Assembly: GCA_964291285.2 (NCBI GenBank)
Contig: OZ219785.1
Coordinates: 1-64,000, forward strand
Source: Alphaproteobacteria bacterium
GTDB lineage: Bacteria > Pseudomonadota > Alphaproteobacteria > Bin95
Reading direction: 5' to 3'
Length of the DNA stretch: 64,000 nt
The notes beneath the pieces were generated by a model, which was not told the DNA's origin, searched no databases, and saw nothing but the letters and a program-made list of their open reading frames with translations. This document shows, one piece after another, positions 40,015-48,839 of the stretch. Every line of letters starts with the position of its first letter. Positions within the stretch are counted from its first letter, which is position 1. A program made the position numbers and the translations under genes.

Positions 40015-42354
40015 GTGGACAAGCACGACATCGCAGGAGAGCCCTTCGCAGCACGGTTTGCCAGGCGGGTGCTCGCGGCCCGCTGGCCGGTCATCCTCGC
40101 CACACTGGTCATCGTTGCCACCGCTTCCGGCGGCATTGCGCTGCTCGAATTCTCTGCGAATTACCGCATCTTTTTCGATGACGACAATCCACAACTTCTG
40201 GCCTTGGAGAAGCTGGAAAACACGTACGGGAAGAACGAAAATGTCGTGTTCCTGGTCGTTCCGGACAACGGTGACGCTACATCTGAAAAGGCTCTCTCGG
40301 CTGCTGTCTGGCTCACAAAGGCTGCATGGAACACGCCATATTCGCGGCGCGTAGATTCGCTTGCCAATTTTCAATACACGACCGCAGAGGGCGATGAGTT
40401 ATATGTGCGGGATCTTATCGATCCGCAGAAAATATCCGAAGCCGAAACGCGCTCGCAAATCCGCGACACCGCCTTGTCCGACCCGCGTATCGCAGGCAGC
40501 ATTCTGGCCCTGAACGGCGATGTCAGCGTTGTAAATGTCACCGTCGAACTGCCCGAGGACGGTCTTCTGGAGGCCGTGGCCGACGTCGCCGAATTCGCCA
40601 GGTCGGCGGCCGTGGAGGCTGAAGAACGGTTCCCCGGCATAGACCTGCGCATCGTCGGCACGGTCATGATCAACCAGACCTTCGTCGAAGCCTCGATCAG
40701 CAGCCAGATGATCTTCCTGCCCGCAAGCCTTCTGCTCATGGCCCTGGTCCTCGGTATCCTGACCCGGGGCTGGGCGGGGGTGGTGGCGACCGGACTGGTC
40801 ATCGTCTTCTCCATTCTGGCGTCTCTGGGGCTTGGCGCGTGGATCGGCCTGCCCTTCTCCCCGCCTATTTCGCCGGCGCCTACCATCGTGCTGATGATCG
40901 TCGTGGCGAACTGCGTGCATCTGCTTGTGGCCTTGCAGCAACGTCTGCGCGCCGGGGATTCCAGGCACGACGCCATTGTCGAATCCATCGCGCTCAACCT
41001 GCATCCGGTGTTCCTGGCAAGCCTGACGACGGCGCTCGGGTTCCTCAGCATGAACTTTTCCGAAGTGCCGCCCTACCGCCATCTCGGCAACTTCGTCGCC
41101 CTGGGCATCTTCACCTCCTTCATTCTCTCCGTCACATTCATGCCGGCAGTGCTTTCGCTTCTCCCCGTCCGCGCGCCCAGGGAACGCCGGCTCCGGGGAC
41201 CCGCAATGAGCCGCATCGCGGATTCCGTGCTGCGCCGCCGGAAGGCGATCTTCTGGGCATGGGTGGTGATCGTGCCCGCCATGGCTCTGGCCATTCCGCG
41301 CAACGAACTCAACGATGTTCTGGTTCATTTCTTCGACAGGAGCGTCGAGTTTCGCCAGGACACCGACTTCATGGACGAGCGTTTGAGCGGCAATACCGGG
41401 CTCGAATACTCGCTCGAAGCTACCGTCGAGGGCGGTGTCACCGCCCCCCTCTTCCTCGCCGAGGTTTCACAGTTCGCCAGTTGGCTCCGCGAGCAACCCT
41501 CCGTGCGCCACGTGGCGGTCATCACCGACACCTTCCGGCAACTCAACAAGAGCATGCACGGCGACGACCCGGCCGCCTACCGGCTTCCGGAAAGCAAGGA
41601 GCTGGCGGCGCAATACCTGCTGCTCTATGAGCTCTCGCTTCCTGAGGGGCTGAACCTGAACAACCAGATCGACAGATCCAGATCGGCCACGCGGGTGACG
41701 ATATCGGCAAAGACGCTCTACTCGCAGGACGTGCTTGACCTGAACGCGCGCGCCGAAGCCTGGCTGAAGGAAAACGCGCCCCATATAGCCAGCGTCAACA
41801 GCACCGGCCCCTCCGCCCTGTTCGCCTATATCGGGCAGCGCAACATCCGCGCCATGCTGGTCGGCACGCTGGTCGTGCTCCTGGCCATATCCGCGATTCT
41901 CCTCTTCGCCCTCAGGTCGCTCAGGCTCGGACTGATAAGCATCGTTCCCAATCTGGTTCCCGCTATACTGGGCTTCGGCGTCTGGGGTTTGACGGTCGGA
42001 CAGGTGGGCCTCTCCCTGTCGGTCGTGGTGGCCATGACCATAGGCATCGTCGTGGACGACACGGTGCATTTCCTCGCCAAATACCGCCGGGCGCGGCGCG
42101 AATACGGCCATGGCCCCGAAGAAGCGGTGCATTACGCCTTCGACACGGCTGGCCGGGCCCTGTTCACGACGACGGTCGTGCTGGTTGCCGGCTTCCTGTT
42201 ACTCCTGTTCTCTCCGTTCGTTCCCACCGCGCAGGTCGGCATCCTGACCGCAATGATTATCGGCTTCGCGCTCATCGCCGACCTGACGCTCCTGCCGGCG
42301 CTGCTGACGGCACTGGACCGGCGGCCGGGGGAACAGGGCGCGCGTTCGTCCTGA
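40015..42354 (+). CDS. MMPL/RND-family transporter
   Basis: Two repeats of periplasmic domain plus TM bundle; LTTALGF, GIVVDDTVHF. Confidence 0.9.
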   Translation: MDKHDIAGEPFAARFARRVLAARWPVILATLVIVATASGGIALLEFSANYRIFFDDDNPQLLALEKLENTYGKNENVVFLVVPDNGDATSEKALSAAVWLTKAAWNTPYSRRVDSLANFQYTTAEGDELYVRDLIDPQKISEAETRSQIRDTALSDPRIAGSILALNGDVSVVNVTVELPEDGLLEAVADVAEFARSAAVEAEERFPGIDLRIVGTVMINQTFVEASISSQMIFLPASLLLMALVLGILTRGWAGVVATGLVIVFSILASLGLGAWIGLPFSPPISPAPTIVLMIVVANCVHLLVALQQRLRAGDSRHDAIVESIALNLHPVFLASLTTALGFLSMNFSEVPPYRHLGNFVALGIFTSFILSVTFMPAVLSLLPVRAPRERRLRGPAMSRIADSVLRRRKAIFWAWVVIVPAMALAIPRNELNDVLVHFFDRSVEFRQDTDFMDERLSGNTGLEYSLEATVEGGVTAPLFLAEVSQFASWLREQPSVRHVAVITDTFRQLNKSMHGDDPAAYRLPESKELAAQYLLLYELSLPEGLNLNNQIDRSRSATRVTISAKTLYSQDVLDLNARAEAWLKENAPHIASVNSTGPSALFAYIGQRNIRAMLVGTLVVLLAISAILLFALRSLRLGLISIVPNLVPAILGFGVWGLTVGQVGLSLSVVVAMTIGIVVDDTVHFLAKYRRARREYGHGPEEAVHYAFDTAGRALFTTTVVLVAGFLLLLFSPFVPTAQVGILTAMIIGFALIADLTLLPALLTALDRRPGEQGARSS

Positions 42355-42441
42355 TTCGCTTCATGGCACCCGCCACCGGGAGCACTCAGCCGAATCTATA
42401 AGCGCAAAACCACCGGCGTTTTGAAACGGATATTCAAAATT

Positions 42442-42470
42442 TTGACTTTTCAAAAACCTTGTGTTATAGG
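42442..42470 (+). promoter_or_regulatory. Promoter TTGACT-N17-TATAGG for the RiPP precursor
   Basis: 17-bp spacing with extended TG in an AT-rich patch; AAGGAG RBS downstream. Confidence 0.55.
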
Positions 42471-42530
42471 TGTTTATCCAACATTGGGGTGGGTTGGTGT
42501 TGTTCGTCACGTGGAGCGAAGGAGATTGCC

Positions 42531-42782
42531 ATGAGAAGTGGCGATGAAATGCTTCAACAGATCGTTGAGAAGTCCGCCCTGGATACGGATTTCAGGCGGC
42601 AGCTTCTCGCGGATCCGAAGACTGCCATCAGCCAGGAATTGGGCATCACGATTCCCGATTCGATGACCATCAAGGTCCATGAGAGCGACATGCAGACGGT
42701 GCATCTCGCGCTGCCGCCGGACCCCAACATTACCGAGGAGCAGCTCGAAGCCATCTCGGCCGGCCTCTGCTGCTGCTGGTAA
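42531..42782 (+). CDS. NHLP (proteusin) RiPP precursor, core LCCCW (SrpE-like)
   Basis: DTDFRRQLLADPKTAI...HLALPP...ITEEQLEAISAG leader followed by LCCCW and stop. Confidence 0.93.
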   Translation: MRSGDEMLQQIVEKSALDTDFRRQLLADPKTAISQELGITIPDSMTIKVHESDMQTVHLALPPDPNITEEQLEAISAGLCCCW

Positions 42783-42827
42783 GCTTGAAGGCCGGCAACC
42801 GGCCGGCTGAAGAGAGAGCTTGAACCT

Positions 42828-42865
42828 TCCCCGTCCCCCGGTCCTCCAGCCGGGGGCGGGTTCTG
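42828..42865. terminator. Hairpin between the precursor and the convergent operon
   Basis: CCCG.CCCCCGG / CCGGGGGCGGG stem. Confidence 0.55.
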
Positions 42866-42884
42866 TCATGCCTGTTTGAATCCG

Positions 42885-44006
42885 TTATCGCGGGGATGCT
42901 GCCGCGGAAAGCACCATGAACACATAGGCCTTGGCCTGTTCAAGCCGATTTCCGGATATGACCAGCTTTATGTGGTGAATGCCGCGCAACAGCACATAAC
43001 GGCCCGATTTCGCAAAAAGCATTGTCGGCCTGGAAACCCAGTCGGCAAGCGCTGCAAGTTTCCCGGAAACTACAATGTCCTCCTGGCTCAGGGCCTTCAA
43101 AAACGGATCCCAGTCGGTCAGGCCGTCGAGCCAGTAGCGGGAGTCCTTCGTGTATCTCTGCTTGACAATGAGCGTAAGGCCGAGCGTCGGACCGAGACCG
43201 TCTTCGCGCACATCGACATTCACTCCTGTCCTGACAATATTCGCGCGTTCCCGGAAGCGGGCAATCACGGAGCCGACAGCGGAGACCTCGCCCGGCCAAC
43301 CGGTGATTTCAAGATAGGAACACAGGTCCTGCCGCGACTTGAAGCCCATGACCGCCAGGCGGATCGAACGGGAGCGGGACGGGAATACGCCGAATGAATC
43401 CATGCGCGTATCTTCGGGCTGCGCCAGGTACGCCCGTTCGACGGTCTTCCGCTCATTGTCCGTCATCTCCCAGCCAATGCTGGAAAGGAGCGCGTCAACC
43501 ACCATGGCGACGTCACCCGCCTGGCCTGAGGCGCCGACGATCGGGCGTTCGCCGGGCCGCAGGAACATCGCCGGAAGCGGCGTCTCGCCATCCCGCGCCG
43601 GGGCGATGTCATATTCCAGCATCAGCTTGCGGCCGACGATTTCGCGCAAGGGCGAGTCTTCCGCATCCATCTGTCCGAACAGTTGCATGACCGCTCTTGC
43701 GGTCCTGTCCGTCTCGTCGGTCCGTGCGCGCTCCAGGAAAAATGCCGCCGGGCCGGTTCCGCTCGCCAGGGAGACGCCGAAATCCGCCTTCGGCCTCGGT
43801 TCGTGGAGCGGCAGTTCGAAGCCGAACGGAAGGGCGCCCATCGTGACGGGAAGCTTCCGGGCGCATTCGAGTACGAGCTCCCATTCCGGACCTCCGACAA
43901 GCACCGGCGAAACCCTGTTTCGAAAATGCCCGAGCAGGTCGCCCATCGAGCCGCCCTCTTCGGCGAGACGGTCCTGGGTAAGCGTGACGGCTTCGTCGAT
44001 ATCCAT
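42885..44006 (-). CDS. Hypothetical RiPP-cluster protein (possible PT-barrel prenyltransferase-like)
   Basis: 373 aa, GGAGG RBS, directly after YcaO; FGFE, LEYD, HHIKL...AKAY motifs; fold unverified. Confidence 0.6.
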   Translation of the reverse strand: MDIDEAVTLTQDRLAEEGGSMGDLLGHFRNRVSPVLVGGPEWELVLECARKLPVTMGALPFGFELPLHEPRPKADFGVSLASGTGPAAFFLERARTDETDRTARAVMQLFGQMDAEDSPLREIVGRKLMLEYDIAPARDGETPLPAMFLRPGERPIVGASGQAGDVAMVVDALLSSIGWEMTDNERKTVERAYLAQPEDTRMDSFGVFPSRSRSIRLAVMGFKSRQDLCSYLEITGWPGEVSAVGSVIARFRERANIVRTGVNVDVREDGLGPTLGLTLIVKQRYTKDSRYWLDGLTDWDPFLKALSQEDIVVSGKLAALADWVSRPTMLFAKSGRYVLLRGIHHIKLVISGNRLEQAKAYVFMVLSAAASPR

Positions 44007-44015
44007 CTTGCCTCC

Positions 44016-46334
44016 TCACAAGATGACAGGGGCGGGATTCAGATCGGCTTCGGCCAGAGGATATGTGCGGCGGCCCATTCCGACAGGCGCGTCATACAGG
44101 CGCCCCGGCGCGAACCTTGCCCAGAAATGGCGCATGCCCGGCACGACGACCCGCACAACGGGCATGCCGATATCGGGCCGGGTCTGATCCAGCACCAGGA
44201 ATTCCATGCCGCTCGCTTCGACGAGCGCACGGCAATGCTCGACATCTTCGCGCGTGTCCGCCGCTTCGACCGCCGGATACTGCGAAGCCTTGCGGAGCGG
44301 CTCGTCCGCCGCCGGCGCCAGCCAGGAGCACTCGGCGAGTCGAGCGGTCCTCCACCACCGGAGCGCCAGCGGATCGTCGATCATGGGCCGGCCGTCGCTC
44401 CTCCCCGGACGCGGCAGCCAGGTAAGGCACTGGTTCAATTCGCAAATCGCGCGCAAGGCCGCCACGCGCGGGTCGGCATGGGCGCCGGCGCTGTAGATGA
44501 TGTCCTCCGTCGGGGCGTCCGGCCTGCGCGAGAGCGCAACGAAGGCGGGAATGCCGAGATCGGAAGTCACGTCGAGCATCCACAGCTCGCGCTCATAGCC
44601 GGCGTAGCGGCCCGCGGCCGATGCGAGATAGTCGTCGTCGAAGCTGGAAAGATCGACCGCCGGCACCCGCAGACGGTTGTACCACCAGATGGCGAAGGCG
44701 TCCCGCTCCGCCAGTTCGTAGAAGCCCTGCAGGATCGCCTCTTCCAGGGTGTTGCCGGCGGCGCAGCCGTTGGAGTCGGCGATCGGGTCCACCGGGCCGC
44801 GCAGTTCGGGCGGCATGCTGTAGAGCATCGATGTCGGCAGATAGCGGTGGCGCTGCTGCGTCAGCGACCACACCGGAGTCCAGTCGATTTCGGCTTCGGG
44901 GTCGAGGCGCGGCGGCACGATATTGTAGGGATGTCCTTTCGCGTTAATGCTTCCCGCGTTGTCCAGTTGACTGTCGCTGAACAGCTGCACCGCGTTCGGA
45001 TGGACTGCCTCGTCTTCCATGGCGAAGTCGATGAAGCGCCTGCGGCGGCGGATCTCATCTCCGGCCCAGGCGCCCGAATGGCGTTCGATCGCTTCGCAGA
45101 GGGCGCTGACCTCGGACTGCTCTCTTGTGCTGCCCTTGCCGGCGCTCTTGCTGCGCAGGCTGCGCCTGAGCGAACTCAGGCTCCGGCTTCTCATGCCGTG
45201 GTTGCTGCCGGCCCAATAGACATGCAGCCAGGGGTCGGTCTCATCGGTCGTGCGCTTGAGCCAGGTCACGACGCCGCTCACCGGGCTGACAAGGTGGCGG
45301 TATTTCGCCAGGGTCGCTTCCGGCGCTGCACTGCGCGCGCCGCCGCTGTTGCGATGGGTTTTGGGACTTGCCTTCAGAGACAGCGGAACCGGTGGCCGAT
45401 CCGGGCGATGCAACGCTTCCTCACCGCAGGCAAGGCATTGCGGCCGGCGCATGACCCGGTGCTGCGAGCTTGCGAATGTGCCGGTATTCATCGCGACTGC
45501 GTGGTCGTGAATCGGGGCCGCCTCGTCCAGAACCAGCCATTTGACGATCTCGGCCGCGATCAGCCCGTACAGCCCTTCCAGAACTGCGGGCTCGGCCGCG
45601 AACGGCTTGAACGCAGCCTCTTCGCCCGCAAAGTTGCGCAGGAAACTGTGGACCTCCTTGTGGCCGCGCAGGCGCTGCGCCAGACAGGCCCAGCAGGGTC
45701 CCTGCCTGTCCGCGCGAAAGACGGGGCCGAACAGCGCCTCCATGCCTCGAGGCCGCAGCAGCGTCCACGCCGCTCCCGCCTCGAGCCGGCGTCGATTCAC
45801 GTCTTCAAGGCGCGCTTCGAGATAGTCGTCGCAGACGATGACGGTGAGTTCGGGCCCGTCAGCCCCGACACCGGCGCCGGCCTCTTCCAGACGCCGGATC
45901 AGCCGGCCGTCGTCTCCTTCCACCGCGATGCGCGACGCCGCCAGCCGTTGCTCCGCCCAGCGGGGCGAGGCGCCGAGCGACGACCAGTAGGCCGCCCGGT
46001 ATCGGTCCATGCCATGATCGCCGGAGACGACATAACCCCTGGCGGAAAGCGAGCCGACCGCCGCGACAATATCGGCGGCGGTGTGGACGCCCTCAAGGGC
46101 GGCGGCGATCTCGTCCTGCGGGCGCCGGCCGTCGAGCAGCGGCAGCAGATCGCAATAAAGCCTGCCGTGCAACAGGGTATTGAACGACTCGGAAACCAGA
46201 AGCGCCTGTTGTTCGCCGATTTCGTGGAACTGCAGGTGCGGGGCAAGCGCGGGAAGCCTGACGGCGCCCCGGTCCGCAGGAGTCGTTCTGGTCAATATCC
46301 CCTGCCGGGGATTCCTGCCTGTCTGCGCTGGCAT
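44016..46334 (-). CDS. Fused RRE / E1-like / YcaO cyclodehydratase (TOMM, SrpC-like)
   Basis: GPCWACL, RRPQCLAC, SAGKG, CEAIER, SNGCAAGNTLEEAILQGFYELAERD, Pro-rich C-terminus NPAPVIL. Confidence 0.95.
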   Translation of the reverse strand: MPAQTGRNPRQGILTRTTPADRGAVRLPALAPHLQFHEIGEQQALLVSESFNTLLHGRLYCDLLPLLDGRRPQDEIAAALEGVHTAADIVAAVGSLSARGYVVSGDHGMDRYRAAYWSSLGASPRWAEQRLAASRIAVEGDDGRLIRRLEEAGAGVGADGPELTVIVCDDYLEARLEDVNRRRLEAGAAWTLLRPRGMEALFGPVFRADRQGPCWACLAQRLRGHKEVHSFLRNFAGEEAAFKPFAAEPAVLEGLYGLIAAEIVKWLVLDEAAPIHDHAVAMNTGTFASSQHRVMRRPQCLACGEEALHRPDRPPVPLSLKASPKTHRNSGGARSAAPEATLAKYRHLVSPVSGVVTWLKRTTDETDPWLHVYWAGSNHGMRSRSLSSLRRSLRSKSAGKGSTREQSEVSALCEAIERHSGAWAGDEIRRRRRFIDFAMEDEAVHPNAVQLFSDSQLDNAGSINAKGHPYNIVPPRLDPEAEIDWTPVWSLTQQRHRYLPTSMLYSMPPELRGPVDPIADSNGCAAGNTLEEAILQGFYELAERDAFAIWWYNRLRVPAVDLSSFDDDYLASAAGRYAGYERELWMLDVTSDLGIPAFVALSRRPDAPTEDIIYSAGAHADPRVAALRAICELNQCLTWLPRPGRSDGRPMIDDPLALRWWRTARLAECSWLAPAADEPLRKASQYPAVEAADTREDVEHCRALVEASGMEFLVLDQTRPDIGMPVVRVVVPGMRHFWARFAPGRLYDAPVGMGRRTYPLAEADLNPAPVIL

Positions 46335-46366
46335 CCAGGATTTCCGCTCCCGACCGGTCGGCGCCT

Positions 46367-48763
46367 TCATGCACCCGAATGGAGCGTATCGATCCCGGCG
46401 GCAGCGCGGGAGGCGGTTTCGGCCGCCGCCGCGGCCAGCGTATCGAAATCCTCGTGCCCGCAAGCACCGGCAACGAGGGACCTGACCTTCTGCCCCGCCG
46501 CGGCTGCGTCAAATCCGTCCTCGCCGACAAGGCATGTGATGCCCTGCAAATCCCGCCACATGGCCGCGGCCTGCGCCAGCGGCTCGGCGCCGGCGGCATC
46601 GAGCACCGCTGCAGCACTCGGGGCCGGATCGTCGAGGCTTGGTGCGGCCTGCGTCAGCTGCAGGACCCGCGCGGCCCTCTCGACGTCCTCCAGCCCGCCG
46701 CGCATCCGGGCATATGCGGACAGGCCCGTTTCGTCGGGACGCCCCACCGGCTCGCGCAATCCGGCGATCAGAGATTCGTTCGAGCCGCATTCGGCCAGCA
46801 GCCGGCGCTGCGCCTCGGCGAAGCGGCGGCCGATTTCGGCATCGCCGCACTCGAAGATGCAGCGCGCCCTGGTGAGGACGGGAATTTCGCCGACGGCAGG
46901 ACTCCCGTAGCGCTCCGCCAGATCGGAAAGCGGCAGCGCATGAAGGGAGTCGAAGCCGGGCGGAATCGGCGAGAACAACAGGCTGTCCTTCGCCAGCTCG
47001 GTCACGGCCTTCCGGAAACCCCGGCACAGACGTTCGTTTTCTCCGAACTTCCAGCTGTCATTGACAAACAGCATGTCGACCGCAACGCCGGGATAAACGT
47101 CCCGGCTGGCGAGATCGCCCAGAAAAACGGCAGCGACGCCGCCCGCGCGCAACGGTCCGGACCGGTCGACAAAATCCGCGACCACGGCTGCAAGCACGGT
47201 TGAAATCGACGCTTCGGCAAGATTGGACAGCGCCGTTCTCGCCTCGCTTGGAGACAGATTCCCGCGCACGACATGCATGCCGATCTGGAACGCCTTGTCG
47301 TTCGACCAGTTCCGCACGATCTCCGCCGACTCCCCTGCATCGGCCGCCGGCAATTCGGCGATCAGCTCCTTCATTTCCTGGACGCCCATTTCGCGCGTCC
47401 AGTAGAGCCTCGTGAGCCCGCGCCGCGCGACCGCCTCATATCGCTCGTCGGGCCCGAACCCTTTCGGCAGGTCGAGATCGGTGAACTCCCGGTCCTGCAG
47501 GTTGTCGAGGAGCTCCGAATGGCGTTCGATCCATGCGGCGAGCCGCGGGGCGGCGCCGAAGATTTCGACTATCGCATCGAAGGCGTCCGGCCGCGCCGCG
47601 GAAACCGCGCTGTCATAGGCGCTCCAGTCATCGATATCGGGATAGAAATGCCTGCGCCATTCATCCACCAGCGGGTCCATCTTGGCAAACCAGCGCTTCG
47701 GCCGCAGCACCATGTTCATCATGTCGCCATAGGTTCCCGGCAATTCCGGCGATTCATCAGAACCGCGAACCTGCAACAGCGGATAGTGCCGCGCGGCCAT
47801 GGCGTGATGATCCGCGTGGCGCTGCATGTTGAAGAACATCCAGTTGCTGAACTTCCAGTCGGCGCTCCAGGAGTGGCGCGGCATCGCCTTTTCCCAACGG
47901 CCGTTCGGCAGCCGGACCCGGCGCAGACCGTAGTGCTGGAAGTAGTTGCTGATCTTCATGGAGAAGACGCAACACAGGCCGAGAAAGGCGAAAACCGGCA
48001 CTGCCCAGATTCCGCCCATCCAGAACACGATTCCATACCAGAACCCGACAGTTATGCCATAGCGCCAGAACGGGTTGCTGTAATGCCAAATGGAAAGTTG
48101 GCGTCGGGCCAGCCGTTCGCCCACAACTTTCCAGGAATTGGCGAGGTTGCTCACAACTTCCTTCGGGAAATACTTCCAGAAACTTTCGCCCTTCGGCGCG
48201 GACCCCACATCATGCGGCGTGCCCACCATGGCATGGTGTACATATACATGCTCCGTCGCATATTGCGGGTAGGACGCCGAGGAAAGCAGAAATTCTCCAA
48301 GCCGGCGTTCCCAGACAGCGCGCCGGTGAACAAGTTCGTGTCCGACCACAAATACCGCTTGTGCCTCCATGGTCAAAATGATCGCCAGCAACACGCATTC
48401 CCAGATTGCCAATTGATCTGCGACAAGGATTTGCCACATGCCGAAAATGAGAACCGGCGGCCAGAGAACCGCCCAGATCCAGACCGGGAGATTATGCCAT
48501 AGCAGATGGCGTTCCGATGTTTTTGACGGATCCATACTGCGTCCGTCGCGACCCAGAGCCCGATCGAGCGGTCCTGCAACGCTCATGAAAAGAAATGCGG
48601 GCAACAACCACCAGCCGCCATAGACCGCAGCCAAAATAATCAACGGGAAAATACCCAATGGCAGGTAATGCGGAAGGGCGTTGAGGATCGACGGTTCGAT
48701 CTGTCGCGCCAAGGCGGCCCCGCCGGGGCCCGAGCTCACATCTGCGGAGGCATCCTGCGGCAT
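46367..48763 (-). CDS. AlkB-type membrane diiron monooxygenase fused to a GlnE-like nucleotidyltransferase-fold domain
   Basis: HELVH, EHVYVHH, NYFQHYG, QRHADHH, PELPGTY; C-terminal LSNLAEA..., LGDLASRDVYPGVAVDMLFV, RGGLEDVE. Confidence 0.8.
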   Translation of the reverse strand: MPQDASADVSSGPGGAALARQIEPSILNALPHYLPLGIFPLIILAAVYGGWWLLPAFLFMSVAGPLDRALGRDGRSMDPSKTSERHLLWHNLPVWIWAVLWPPVLIFGMWQILVADQLAIWECVLLAIILTMEAQAVFVVGHELVHRRAVWERRLGEFLLSSASYPQYATEHVYVHHAMVGTPHDVGSAPKGESFWKYFPKEVVSNLANSWKVVGERLARRQLSIWHYSNPFWRYGITVGFWYGIVFWMGGIWAVPVFAFLGLCCVFSMKISNYFQHYGLRRVRLPNGRWEKAMPRHSWSADWKFSNWMFFNMQRHADHHAMAARHYPLLQVRGSDESPELPGTYGDMMNMVLRPKRWFAKMDPLVDEWRRHFYPDIDDWSAYDSAVSAARPDAFDAIVEIFGAAPRLAAWIERHSELLDNLQDREFTDLDLPKGFGPDERYEAVARRGLTRLYWTREMGVQEMKELIAELPAADAGESAEIVRNWSNDKAFQIGMHVVRGNLSPSEARTALSNLAEASISTVLAAVVADFVDRSGPLRAGGVAAVFLGDLASRDVYPGVAVDMLFVNDSWKFGENERLCRGFRKAVTELAKDSLLFSPIPPGFDSLHALPLSDLAERYGSPAVGEIPVLTRARCIFECGDAEIGRRFAEAQRRLLAECGSNESLIAGLREPVGRPDETGLSAYARMRGGLEDVERAARVLQLTQAAPSLDDPAPSAAAVLDAAGAEPLAQAAAMWRDLQGITCLVGEDGFDAAAAGQKVRSLVAGACGHEDFDTLAAAAAETASRAAAGIDTLHSGA

Positions 48764-48839
48764 GGCGGCTTCCCTAGCGAACCAAGGCTCCCTTGCATAC
48801 CGGTTTATATACCATCGGGCAGGACAAACCGCAAATGCC

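Noticed and set aside
46367-48763. Alkane degradation locus or bona fide glnE
   Set aside because: No rubredoxin or alk genes nearby, the GlnE catalytic motif is degenerate with only one such domain, and the gene is embedded in the RiPP operon.
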